Positions 25,072 to 33,491 of a stretch of DNA of 64,000 nucleotides are shown in pieces (position 1 is the stretch's first letter; every line of letters begins with the position of its first letter). Source of the DNA: Owenia fusiformis (taxonomy: Eukaryota); contig CAIIXF020000001.1 of NCBI GenBank assembly GCA_903813345.2, positions 40,486,001 to 40,550,000 of the forward strand. Direction: 5' to 3'. A program made the position numbers and the translations under genes. Below the pieces are notes generated by a model. It did no database searches. It had not been told where the DNA came from and worked only from the letters and a program-made list of their open reading frames with translations.

Positions 25072-26385
25072 CTATTGCTTTAACCAACAATCCAATGTCT
25101 TCTGTTTTTGGGTTGAAGTTGTAGGCGTGGCGGTTCTTCTTACGGAAAGGTCCAATACTAAGTTCAAGGGTTCTGTTTGGCTCTCCTCTTGCACTACATT
25201 GGAATTTGTAGCTGGAGCCTTGGAGGCAGGAGTCTCAGATTTTGAGCACACCACAATCTTGATTGGGGAGACAGGAGTGGCAGGATTAAGAACTGTCTCA
25301 GTGTCCTCTTTTGGTGTGAGCACTTTCCACGAGGGGGTCTTAGGGGGTGTTTTAGGAGATTTTGAAGATGTACTAGAACTTGACTGACATAGCTCTTCGT
25401 CAAGAGCATCAACATTCAATAGTGTATCCCAATTCTTCTTCATAGCTTTTACTTTAGCACGTAGAGGCTTCTTGGAAAGTTTACGTTTTAGGGAGTCCTT
25501 TGATTTCTTCTTTGAAGATTCTTTAGACTTAGCCTTGGACTTTGAAGTGCCTCTGTGTTTGGACTTCACAGGGGGTTTGTTTTTCTGTTTAGAGGTGCCT
25601 GTAGTTTTAGACTTCTTGGGAATGGTGAAAGGTTTCATGGGTGTGTGCGGAGATAGGATTTGACTGTTGGCGCCTGGAGTACCCTGCTCTTGGGATCCAG
25701 ACCCTTCATTTAGAGGTGAGGTGGGAGGGGTAGTTGTCTTTTCAGGTGAACTTTGGGAAGGAGAGAGGGGCAGAATTTGGGAATGCTGGTAGTATTCTGT
25801 TCCATCGCTTGACACATCACTCCTTAGTGGGGACAGTCTAGCTATGTTATCCCATTCCATGCCTTTAAACAAATCCTCTGGTATGATACCTAATAGGGAT
25901 TCATCCATGAAGGTAGATGAGGTGGAAGGATCCCTAGCCAAGGTGTCAAGCTCATTTACCCACGTCACCTTGGGTTCACTAGTACTGGGAGGCATTAATA
26001 CTACATCAAATAAGCTAGGGATATTAGCTGTGGGCGTGGTTGGTGTGGGTGGCAAATCCCTAGAGGTAATGGTGTGTGATGGAAGTGCCTGGGAAGGTCG
26101 CATATGGGTGGCTATGTGTCGTTCAATATTATTCTTACAATGGGCTGGTCTATTGAAATTGCATCCACTTTCAAGGCAGAAAAATCTAACTGAATGGCAG
26201 TTTCTTGTATGTTTGTTCAGCTTAGCTAAACTGCCAAAGGACCTGTCTGGACACTGTAAACAGCGCCAAACTTTGTGAGGGATTCTATGGAATACTCTCT
26301 CATGTTCCTCCAGCTTCACACGCTGTCTGAATGTAGCTCCACAGACGATGTTTTCCAACGTGAATGTGCACACATATTCAGGGCC
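25072..26385 (-). CDS. Accessory ORF3 exon: three C2H2 zinc fingers plus long S/T/P/K-rich tail (~437 aa)
   Basis: CTFTLENIVC..HERVFH, CLQC..HTRNCH, CLESGC..HIATH; no ATG upstream of the fingers (ORF track uses GTG) but a canonical acceptor ctctttctgtgtatttccAG|GGC at 26387-26386. Confidence 0.85.
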   Translation of the reverse strand, partial: GPEYVCTFTLENIVCGATFRQRVKLEEHERVFHRIPHKVWRCLQCPDRSFGSLAKLNKHTRNCHSVRFFCLESGCNFNRPAHCKNNIERHIATHMRPSQALPSHTITSRDLPPTPTTPTANIPSLFDVVLMPPSTSEPKVTWVNELDTLARDPSTSSTFMDESLLGIIPEDLFKGMEWDNIARLSPLRSDVSSDGTEYYQHSQILPLSPSQSSPEKTTTPPTSPLNEGSGSQEQGTPGANSQILSPHTPMKPFTIPKKSKTTGTSKQKNKPPVKSKHRGTSKSKAKSKESSKKKSKDSLKRKLSKKPLRAKVKAMKKNWDTLLNVDALDEELCQSSSSTSSKSPKTPPKTPSWKVLTPKEDTETVLNPATPVSPIKIVVCSKSETPASKAPATNSNVVQEESQTEPLNLVLDLSVRRTATPTTSTQKQKTLDCWLKQ

Positions 26386-26644
26386 CTGGAAATACACAGA
26401 AAGAGTGGATTACCAATAGGCTTCAAAAGCAGTGGGCATGATTTAAACATGGTTATTATCATTACTTTAATATGATATATGTAAACTCTAAAATGAACCT
26501 CAATCACTATCTACTTAGAGGATAAAGAGTCATATAATCAGTATCATATAATGGTGAGGATAGTTAGTAACAGTGAGGTTAGTGGAGTAAGGAAAGGGTA
26601 AAGAAGGATGAAGATTTGTTGGAGGAAGTGCATGCCAAGAGCTA

Positions 26645-29600
26645 CTAGTACATTTCATAACCAGACAACCAAGCGGGCTGTTTCTGACGCCGCTTGGGTC
26701 TGGCACTGGGATCAATTTCTGAGACTGAATCTTTAAATTCGAGATCAATTTCAGGAGAATTTTGATCATGTGGCGCGCATTCGGGCTCCGCGGAATTTTG
26801 AAACTCTGGGGGAGGATCCCCTAGGAATCGCTTCAGGCGGTTCGAATGAATTACTTTGGATTTCCCTTTAGTGTCAATCAGATAGCGCAAATCATCTAGT
26901 CGGTCAATCACAAGGTAAGGACCATGCCAGTTATTTGCAAATTTTGGTGTTTGACCAACTTTATTCACTGGGATATGGACCCAGACCAAGTCATTGGGCT
27001 TATACAGAGGATTCTTTGACTTGATGTCATAAATCCTCTTATACTTTTGACTTGCTGAGTCAATGTGATCACGAGCAGCTTCATGTACCACTAAAAGTTT
27101 GTCCCTTAGTTGGTTACAGTAAGTAGTATGGACAGGATCTTGAGACACCCCTTTTTCTGGACAGGGAGGGGGGCCTAGTACTAAATCGGCTGCTAGGAAG
27201 GGAGTTCTTCCAAACATTAATTCAGCAGGTGAAAACTTGGTGGTCTCATGTACAGCAGTACGAATTGCTGAAGCTACAAATGGCAGATAATCAGGCCAGT
27301 CTCTGTGATGGCTAGACACAATTTTCGATAACATAGCTTCAATGGTTTGGTTAGAACGCTCCACCATACCATCCGACTGGGGATGGTACGGCGTCGTTCT
27401 AGTCTTATCAATGTTCAAGATCTTGCACAGCTCTTGGAAGAGCTTTGATTCAAATTGTGCCCCCTGGTCAGAATGGAGCTGCAAGGGTGAACCATATCTA
27501 CAGAAAAATTCGCACATCAGTGAATTAGCCACAGTGGCTGCCTCCTGGTTTGGCATGGGTAAAATTTCGGGAAATTTTGTGAAGTAGTCTTCCGCTACCA
27601 GGACATACTTAAAGCCTTCCTCAGATTGAGGGAGGGGTCCCAATATATCTACTGCAATGCGTTCCAAAGGAGCACCAACATTGTAGACTTTCATGGGGCC
27701 TTTAGTACGTTGAGGGGGAGATTTCCGTTTCTGACACTGCTGGCATTCAGAAACAAATTTGGCAACATCTCCTTTAAAACCTACCCAGTAATATCTTGGG
27801 CGGAGTCTGTTGATGGTTTTTGATACACCAAGGTGACCAGTGTCTAAGGTATTGTGTAAAGCCATTAGCACTTGGCTTCTAAGGGGCTTTGGAATAACCA
27901 GCTGCCAGTCTTCAAACTGAGTATCAGTGTGTACCCATTTTCGGTATACTACCCCATTCTCCAATTTAAATCGATCCCATTGGGACCAATACTGTTTCAA
28001 GAGGGGGGACTTATTACTGATATCAGCCCAGACTGGTCTCTTTCCACTGGCAAGCCAGTGTGTAAGAGTGGATATTTCAGGGTCCTCATTAACAGTTTTC
28101 TCCCATTCAGTTTGGGTAACCCCAGGCATCCAATTACATCCCGAAATGGGTGTATCAGGAGCTGGGGTGTTCCCCTTTGCATCTGCTTTGATCACTCGGA
28201 TCACTGGCTCTGAGACAAGGTTCAAATGAAAGCTTAGCCTATTGATTTGAACTTCAGATGGATAGGAATTCTCAGGGGATTCACTTTGTTGGGGAATATC
28301 ATTTTGTAAATGGTTAGCTAAGATTTCCACTTGTTCTGGAAGAGAGGTCTTCACAGGTTGTACAGTGGAGTTTGGAATAATAGATTCCTTGGTGACTGGA
28401 ACACGACCAAGAGCCACTTGGCGGTCACAATATCGACAGTCACTGCATGGAATTCTTGACATGGCATCAGCGTTCAAGTGTTTCTTACCAGGTCTATGCT
28501 TTATGGTAAAGTCATACTGGCTAAGAAACTCAAGCCATCTGGCAAGCTGGCCTTCAGGGTTTTGGAATCTAAACAACCAAGTCAGAGCACTGTGGTCAGT
28601 TCGAATAGTAAAATGTGTGCCATACAGATAATGATGGAAATGCTTGATGGCTTTTACTATTGCTAAAAGTTCCATGCGGGTAGCACAATAATTTCTTTCA
28701 CATTTTGAGTGAGTTTTACTAAAGTTCTGAATTACCTTTTCTTGTTCATCAACTACTTGAGATAATACTGCCCCAGATCTGCAGGCACTGGCATCAGTGT
28801 CTAATATCAATTCTTTTGATAGATCTGGGTATTCAAGTGTTGCAGCATTGAGGAACAAGCGTTTAAGGGTTTCAAAAGCTTCATTGCATTTCTCACACCA
28901 GCGAAATATTGCCCCCTTGTCTGTTAGCCTAGTAAGGGGCTCTGCCACACCAGCAAAATTGGGGATAAACTTTCTGTAATAAGAACAGTGACCAAGAAAA
29001 GCTCTAACATGTCTGACAGTTCTTGGAATTGTCCAATCTCGGACTTCAGCAAATTTATCAGGATCTATTGAAATGCCTTTTTCAGAAACCACATGCCCCA
29101 AGTAGGAAACCTTGGATTTGAATAAGTGACATTTCTTCGGGGATAGTTTCAAGTTGGCATCTCTCAGACGGCCAAATACTTGGGAAAGCCTGTCTAAATG
29201 TTCCTCTACAGAGGAGCTGTGAATGATTATGTCATCTAAATAGACCATGCATATATCAGTATTCAACCCAGAAAGTGCTACATTCATCATTCTCTGAAAA
29301 GTAGCAGGAGCATTGGAAAGCCCGAAGGGCATAACTGTGAATTCATAGAGACCCCATGGTGTGGTGAAGGCAGTCTTTGGCGCATCTGTGTCCTGCATAG
29401 CTATCTGCCAATAGCCACTTGCCAAATCAAGGGTACTAAAGTATTTAGCACCCTTGAGACTGTCTAAGGTATCGTCTATCCTTGGCAGAGGATAGGCGTC
29501 CTTGACAGTAACCTGATTTAATTGGCGGTAATCGACACAGAAACGCAAAGATCCATCCTTCTTGGGTACCAACACAATTGGTGCAGCCCAGGGGCTCTTA

Positions 29601-30931
29601 GAAGGACGTGTAAAACCCTTATCAAGAAGATCAGTTATGATTTCTTTGGCTTCGTCTTGTTTGGAATGAGGAATTCTTCTGGGAGCCTGTTTTATGGGCT
29701 TTGACTCGCCAGTGTCAATATGGTGTTGTACCATATCAGTTCGACCAATGTCAAATTTTGACTTGGCAAACAAATCAAGATTTTCAAAGAGGAATGTTTT
29801 AACTCGTTCAGCTTCAGAAAAAGTTAGGGATTCTATACTTTCAGCAAGTAAGCCCTGTATGTGTTCTGGGACTGATTCAATTAAAACAGCTTTCTCTTCT
29901 ACTGCAGAAGTCAAGGTTGGTGTTGAATTACATTCATTTTCAATGGAACAGGTTTCAAGATCAGGTTTGGAGTTACCTGTTGATTCCATTGACTGAGCAG
30001 GATGAGTGATACTTTGTAAAACAGTCGGGCCCTTGTTAGTAGTATCATTCAAATTTAGGGGGGAAGTTGTATCCCTCTCAGTAGCCATTTTAGCCTCACA
30101 AGTGTTCCGGAAAGTTGAGCTAGCAGGGGCTTTAGTGGGGATATCAGACGTAGTTTTATCACTTGGCTTTGCATGATACTGCACTGATGAAACAGGAAGT
30201 GCGTCATACACAGGCTCGCCAATGGCAATTGGTCTACCTTTATGCAACTCTACAGGCTGCAAGCCAACATTTGCAATACGTATAGGTATAAAGGGATTGC
30301 TTGGATTAACTAAAGTTCTAGCAATCAGAATAGTGGTGTCAAGATCAGGGTCAATGGGATTTTCACCTATCAAAAGTGGTGTTTCACCCCAGACACATTG
30401 TGTCTTCCCAGGGACAACAATTTCACTCAAAGGGGGAATGGACACAGTGTCACACATTTCAATCTTACAATAGGAATTGACTGTACTTTCTAGGACACAG
30501 TCATAGAAGTCACCATTCAGTTTCAAAGTTGCTTCACGAACACTAAGTACTCCACAATGAGCTTCAAGAAAATCAAAGCCCAATATGGCAGCACATGACA
30601 GTGGAGCCACTAGAAAAACATGGAAAAACTTTGTGTCTCCGAGCTGAAAATCACATCTTACTCTGCCTAAGGCAGGAGAGCGACTTCCATCAGCCATGAT
30701 TACATTTGGCAGATTCTCACCTTGTTCATAGGTGAGCGATTTACCAAGGCATTTGGCAGTTCTCTCTGATATCAAACTTCCTTGAGATCCTGAATCAATA
30801 AGAGCAGGAACTGTGAGGTGTTTGAATTTCAGTTCTAGACACAAGCCATTGTGGCCACTAGGATTTATAGAGCTGGTGGGTCGTTGTGGCTTAGATGCTG
30901 AATCGTGACCCACCGACTCAGCACAAGTTAG
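26645..30931 (-). CDS. pol: Pol polyprotein (aspartic protease, reverse transcriptase, RNase H, integrase), expressed by -1 frameshift
   Basis: LIDSGS; FCVDYR, LDLASGYWQ, MPFGL, YLDD; LDTDAS, TDHSAL, ADAMSR; H..H..CQQC, AVDILGP, HSDQG, GMVERSN; WHGPY. Frame is open up to the gag slippery site. Confidence 0.97.
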   Translation of the reverse strand, partial: LTCAESVGHDSASKPQRPTSSINPSGHNGLCLELKFKHLTVPALIDSGSQGSLISERTAKCLGKSLTYEQGENLPNVIMADGSRSPALGRVRCDFQLGDTKFFHVFLVAPLSCAAILGFDFLEAHCGVLSVREATLKLNGDFYDCVLESTVNSYCKIEMCDTVSIPPLSEIVVPGKTQCVWGETPLLIGENPIDPDLDTTILIARTLVNPSNPFIPIRIANVGLQPVELHKGRPIAIGEPVYDALPVSSVQYHAKPSDKTTSDIPTKAPASSTFRNTCEAKMATERDTTSPLNLNDTTNKGPTVLQSITHPAQSMESTGNSKPDLETCSIENECNSTPTLTSAVEEKAVLIESVPEHIQGLLAESIESLTFSEAERVKTFLFENLDLFAKSKFDIGRTDMVQHHIDTGESKPIKQAPRRIPHSKQDEAKEIITDLLDKGFTRPSKSPWAAPIVLVPKKDGSLRFCVDYRQLNQVTVKDAYPLPRIDDTLDSLKGAKYFSTLDLASGYWQIAMQDTDAPKTAFTTPWGLYEFTVMPFGLSNAPATFQRMMNVALSGLNTDICMVYLDDIIIHSSSVEEHLDRLSQVFGRLRDANLKLSPKKCHLFKSKVSYLGHVVSEKGISIDPDKFAEVRDWTIPRTVRHVRAFLGHCSYYRKFIPNFAGVAEPLTRLTDKGAIFRWCEKCNEAFETLKRLFLNAATLEYPDLSKELILDTDASACRSGAVLSQVVDEQEKVIQNFSKTHSKCERNYCATRMELLAIVKAIKHFHHYLYGTHFTIRTDHSALTWLFRFQNPEGQLARWLEFLSQYDFTIKHRPGKKHLNADAMSRIPCSDCRYCDRQVALGRVPVTKESIIPNSTVQPVKTSLPEQVEILANHLQNDIPQQSESPENSYPSEVQINRLSFHLNLVSEPVIRVIKADAKGNTPAPDTPISGCNWMPGVTQTEWEKTVNEDPEISTLTHWLASGKRPVWADISNKSPLLKQYWSQWDRFKLENGVVYRKWVHTDTQFEDWQLVIPKPLRSQVLMALHNTLDTGHLGVSKTINRLRPRYYWVGFKGDVAKFVSECQQCQKRKSPPQRTKGPMKVYNVGAPLERIAVDILGPLPQSEEGFKYVLVAEDYFTKFPEILPMPNQEAATVANSLMCEFFCRYGSPLQLHSDQGAQFESKLFQELCKILNIDKTRTTPYHPQSDGMVERSNQTIEAMLSKIVSSHHRDWPDYLPFVASAIRTAVHETTKFSPAELMFGRTPFLAADLVLGPPPCPEKGVSQDPVHTTYCNQLRDKLLVVHEAARDHIDSASQKYKRIYDIKSKNPLYKPNDLVWVHIPVNKVGQTPKFANNWHGPYLVIDRLDDLRYLIDTKGKSKVIHSNRLKRFLGDPPPEFQNSAEPECAPHDQNSPEIDLEFKDSVSEIDPSARPKRRQKQPAWLSGYEMY

Positions 30932-30937
30932 TTTTCC
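30876..30937 (-). promoter_or_regulatory. -1 programmed ribosomal frameshift signal (G_GAA_AAC plus H-type pseudoknot)
   Basis: Slippery heptamer 30937-30931 just before the gag TAA; 6-nt spacer; stem GUGCUGAGUCG/CGAUUCAGCAU; loop GUGGGUC pairs with downstream GACCCAC. Confidence 0.85.
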
Positions 30938-33378
30938 GATTGTCCAGAATTCCCTTTAAGGGCAGGACATTGGCTGATTCTGTGGTCTTCCCCACAGTAG
31001 AAACACACCCTAGCTCCAGGGACCTTGGAGTTAGGATGGCGTTTCTCACAATCAAAAATTGAATGCTCAGTAGTGTCACAAATCTTACAATATGTGGCAT
31101 ATTTCTTGGGTTTATGGGTATGTGTAGACTTTTTGTCCAATGATTCCTTCATTTTTCTCTCAATCATTTTTGAAACCTCTTCATGGGAAGGTGAAGGAGG
31201 TACAATGGAAGCACTCTGGTTTGTAGTCTGTGTGACCCTAACCGTTGGATCCTTGTAACTCTGTAGTCTCCTTCTCCTCCCTCTAAAGAAGGATTCGTGT
31301 TGGAGAGCAAGAGTTAAGGCTTCATTGAGTGTGGAGGGATTGGCGAAGGAGATTTTGGACTCTAAGTCAACATCATTCAATGCATCAATAAAGGCTTGTT
31401 TGGCTGCATTCTCAATACCTTTTTTAGGCATACCCAACATACCAAATGCTTTGCGCGATAATTTTCTTATATCATGAGCTAATTGTTCCAATGGTTCATC
31501 AGGCTTTCGTAATTTTGTTTTCAATATAGCTCGGGCATTATCTCCCTGCTGGGGAGGCTCATAATTAATTTGTAAAGCACTGATTATACTCTCCAAAGAT
31601 GGCTGATCATCTTCATCGAGATCATCCAATGCATTAGCTGCTTCCCCTTCTAGGCTTCTTACCATATAGATAGAAGATTCTTCCTCTGTCCACTTATTTA
31701 ACTTAGAAACAAGTCGGAATTGTGTCAAAAAGGCAGAAAGGCTACACTTTCCATTGAAAGTGGGTGGCTTCATGTCTTTTCTGGAAGATACAGGGGCTTT
31801 AATTGGACTATCAGGCTTGGCTGAAATCTCACTAGAAGAATCAGAACTGGGTAGTCTGGGCAATGCAGTAGATCGCTTGTTTTTCCTGATAAAGCTTGGA
31901 TAAGAAGGCTTTACTACGGATTTATTCTTCTTTTGAGATCTAGTGCTTGGTTCAACCTCATCAAAAGCTGTAGTATAATCGTCAGTGTCACTCATAAAAT
32001 GATCAGACCTCTGTCGATACTTTGCCTGACTATGTCTGCTTTTTCTGTCAAAAACAGAATAATCAGAATCTGACTCAGCAGATGTTAGCATATCAGCTTT
32101 AGAATGAAGTGTTTGTGGCAGTTTAGAAGACTTGATTCTCTTCCCAGACCCCCTCACCGGAGACAATGAAAGCTTCTGCCTAGTTCTCAATTGTCTAGTT
32201 AGAGCACGGCCTCTACCTACAGAGGGTCTATCTAAAGTCCTCTGTAGGGGTTGATTAGCATGGGGTATTTGAGCATCAATCCATGATCGAGTCTCAGAAT
32301 ATGAATCATACTCTGTGGCGTCATGGACTTTAGACTGCTGATTAATGCTAGCAGCACTCAAATAGCCAAGGCTTTTGGATCTGTGCTCAGAACTAGAAAC
32401 ACTAGAGTGGCTGGAAGGCTTCAATCTTGGTGATTGGGAAGGAGTATGGAATGATTGTCGACTCTTGCCTGAATCAGAGAAGCCATCATGACTTTCAGAT
32501 CTACCAGCAGTATAAGCCCTAGTAGATGTCAAAAAGCCTGGACCAGTAGCAGATGCTTTAACAAATGATTGTGTTAATCGGCTGGACTGCTGACTAGTGT
32601 AACCATGATAGGGCGTTTGAACATCTGGAGGCTTTGATAGTGATGACTTAAACAATTCATCACTCTGTTTTTTCAATGCAGTGGACTGAGGTAAGAATTG
32701 AATTCCATCTAATTCATTTTTAGGCTTTGCAAATCTTTGACTACTGGACCCCAAATCTGGTTTCAAATAGGGAGCCAAACTGAGAGGTGAAAAACGTCGC
32801 TTAGCAGAAGCCCCTGTTCCATAGGCTGGAAAGGGCTTTCCAAAAGCTGTTTTAGCTGGCTTTCCCCCATAGGCACCCATTAGGGCTTCCCTTTCTAGGG
32901 ATCCGGGTACACCTGCTCTGGGGGGTTCAAATGCTCCACCTATACTACTCACATTTTTTCCAACATTTTTGGGAAATACCAAATTCATCTCACTTTCTTG
33001 GTTCTTTGTCTCCTGCTTAATTTGAAGCAGGGGATTAGAAACCTTAGCTTTTTGAAATGAACTAAGCGTATCCCCATGTAATCTTGGAATGCGTGTCAAT
33101 TTAACAGGCGGTGACAGTTTAAAAGGAGATGGTCTCCTTATTGGAGGTGGTGTAGTTGATTCAAGTGGAAGTGTAGCATCTTGTGCCAGTTTCAACTCTT
33201 GTTCATTAAGAGGTTGATGGCCCAAAACTACTTCAGAATCATCAAACCACCCCGTTGGGATTAAAGGTTCAAAAGAGCCTGCATGTGATTTTTGGCTCAA
33301 TGCAGCCTGTTCCGTTGAATCGGAGGAAGGTAACGGGACGCGTTTAACCATATTGAGCATGTTTGCTATATCCGACAT
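30928..33378 (-). CDS. gag: Gag (816 aa) with long disordered N-terminus, capsid-like core and two CCHC knuckles
   Basis: KPPTFNGK..FLTQF..WTEEE core; CKICDTTEHSIFDC and CFYCGEDHRISQC. Confidence 0.93.
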   Translation of the reverse strand: MSDIANMLNMVKRVPLPSSDSTEQAALSQKSHAGSFEPLIPTGWFDDSEVVLGHQPLNEQELKLAQDATLPLESTTPPPIRRPSPFKLSPPVKLTRIPRLHGDTLSSFQKAKVSNPLLQIKQETKNQESEMNLVFPKNVGKNVSSIGGAFEPPRAGVPGSLEREALMGAYGGKPAKTAFGKPFPAYGTGASAKRRFSPLSLAPYLKPDLGSSSQRFAKPKNELDGIQFLPQSTALKKQSDELFKSSLSKPPDVQTPYHGYTSQQSSRLTQSFVKASATGPGFLTSTRAYTAGRSESHDGFSDSGKSRQSFHTPSQSPRLKPSSHSSVSSSEHRSKSLGYLSAASINQQSKVHDATEYDSYSETRSWIDAQIPHANQPLQRTLDRPSVGRGRALTRQLRTRQKLSLSPVRGSGKRIKSSKLPQTLHSKADMLTSAESDSDYSVFDRKSRHSQAKYRQRSDHFMSDTDDYTTAFDEVEPSTRSQKKNKSVVKPSYPSFIRKNKRSTALPRLPSSDSSSEISAKPDSPIKAPVSSRKDMKPPTFNGKCSLSAFLTQFRLVSKLNKWTEEESSIYMVRSLEGEAANALDDLDEDDQPSLESIISALQINYEPPQQGDNARAILKTKLRKPDEPLEQLAHDIRKLSRKAFGMLGMPKKGIENAAKQAFIDALNDVDLESKISFANPSTLNEALTLALQHESFFRGRRRRLQSYKDPTVRVTQTTNQSASIVPPSPSHEEVSKMIERKMKESLDKKSTHTHKPKKYATYCKICDTTEHSIFDCEKRHPNSKVPGARVCFYCGEDHRISQCPALKGNSGQSEN

Positions 33379-33466
33379 TGTGAAATTACAGTTTTAGTCG
33401 CGAATATATACAGTATTAGTGTAAAACATGTAAATGAGCTTGGGTTAATACATACAAGTATTTCAT

Positions 33467-33484
33467 CTCAGCGCTAGGCCACCA
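33467..33484 (-). other. Primer-binding site candidate
   Basis: Minus strand TGGTGGCCTAGCGCTGAG following the 5' LTR CA end after a GAAAAAA spacer; cognate tRNA not identified. Confidence 0.65.
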
Positions 33485-33491
33485 TTTTTTC

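Noticed and set aside
25072..26397. ORF3 as an envelope gene
   Set aside because: No signal peptide, fusion peptide or transmembrane helix evident; zinc fingers and basic tracts indicate a nuclear protein.
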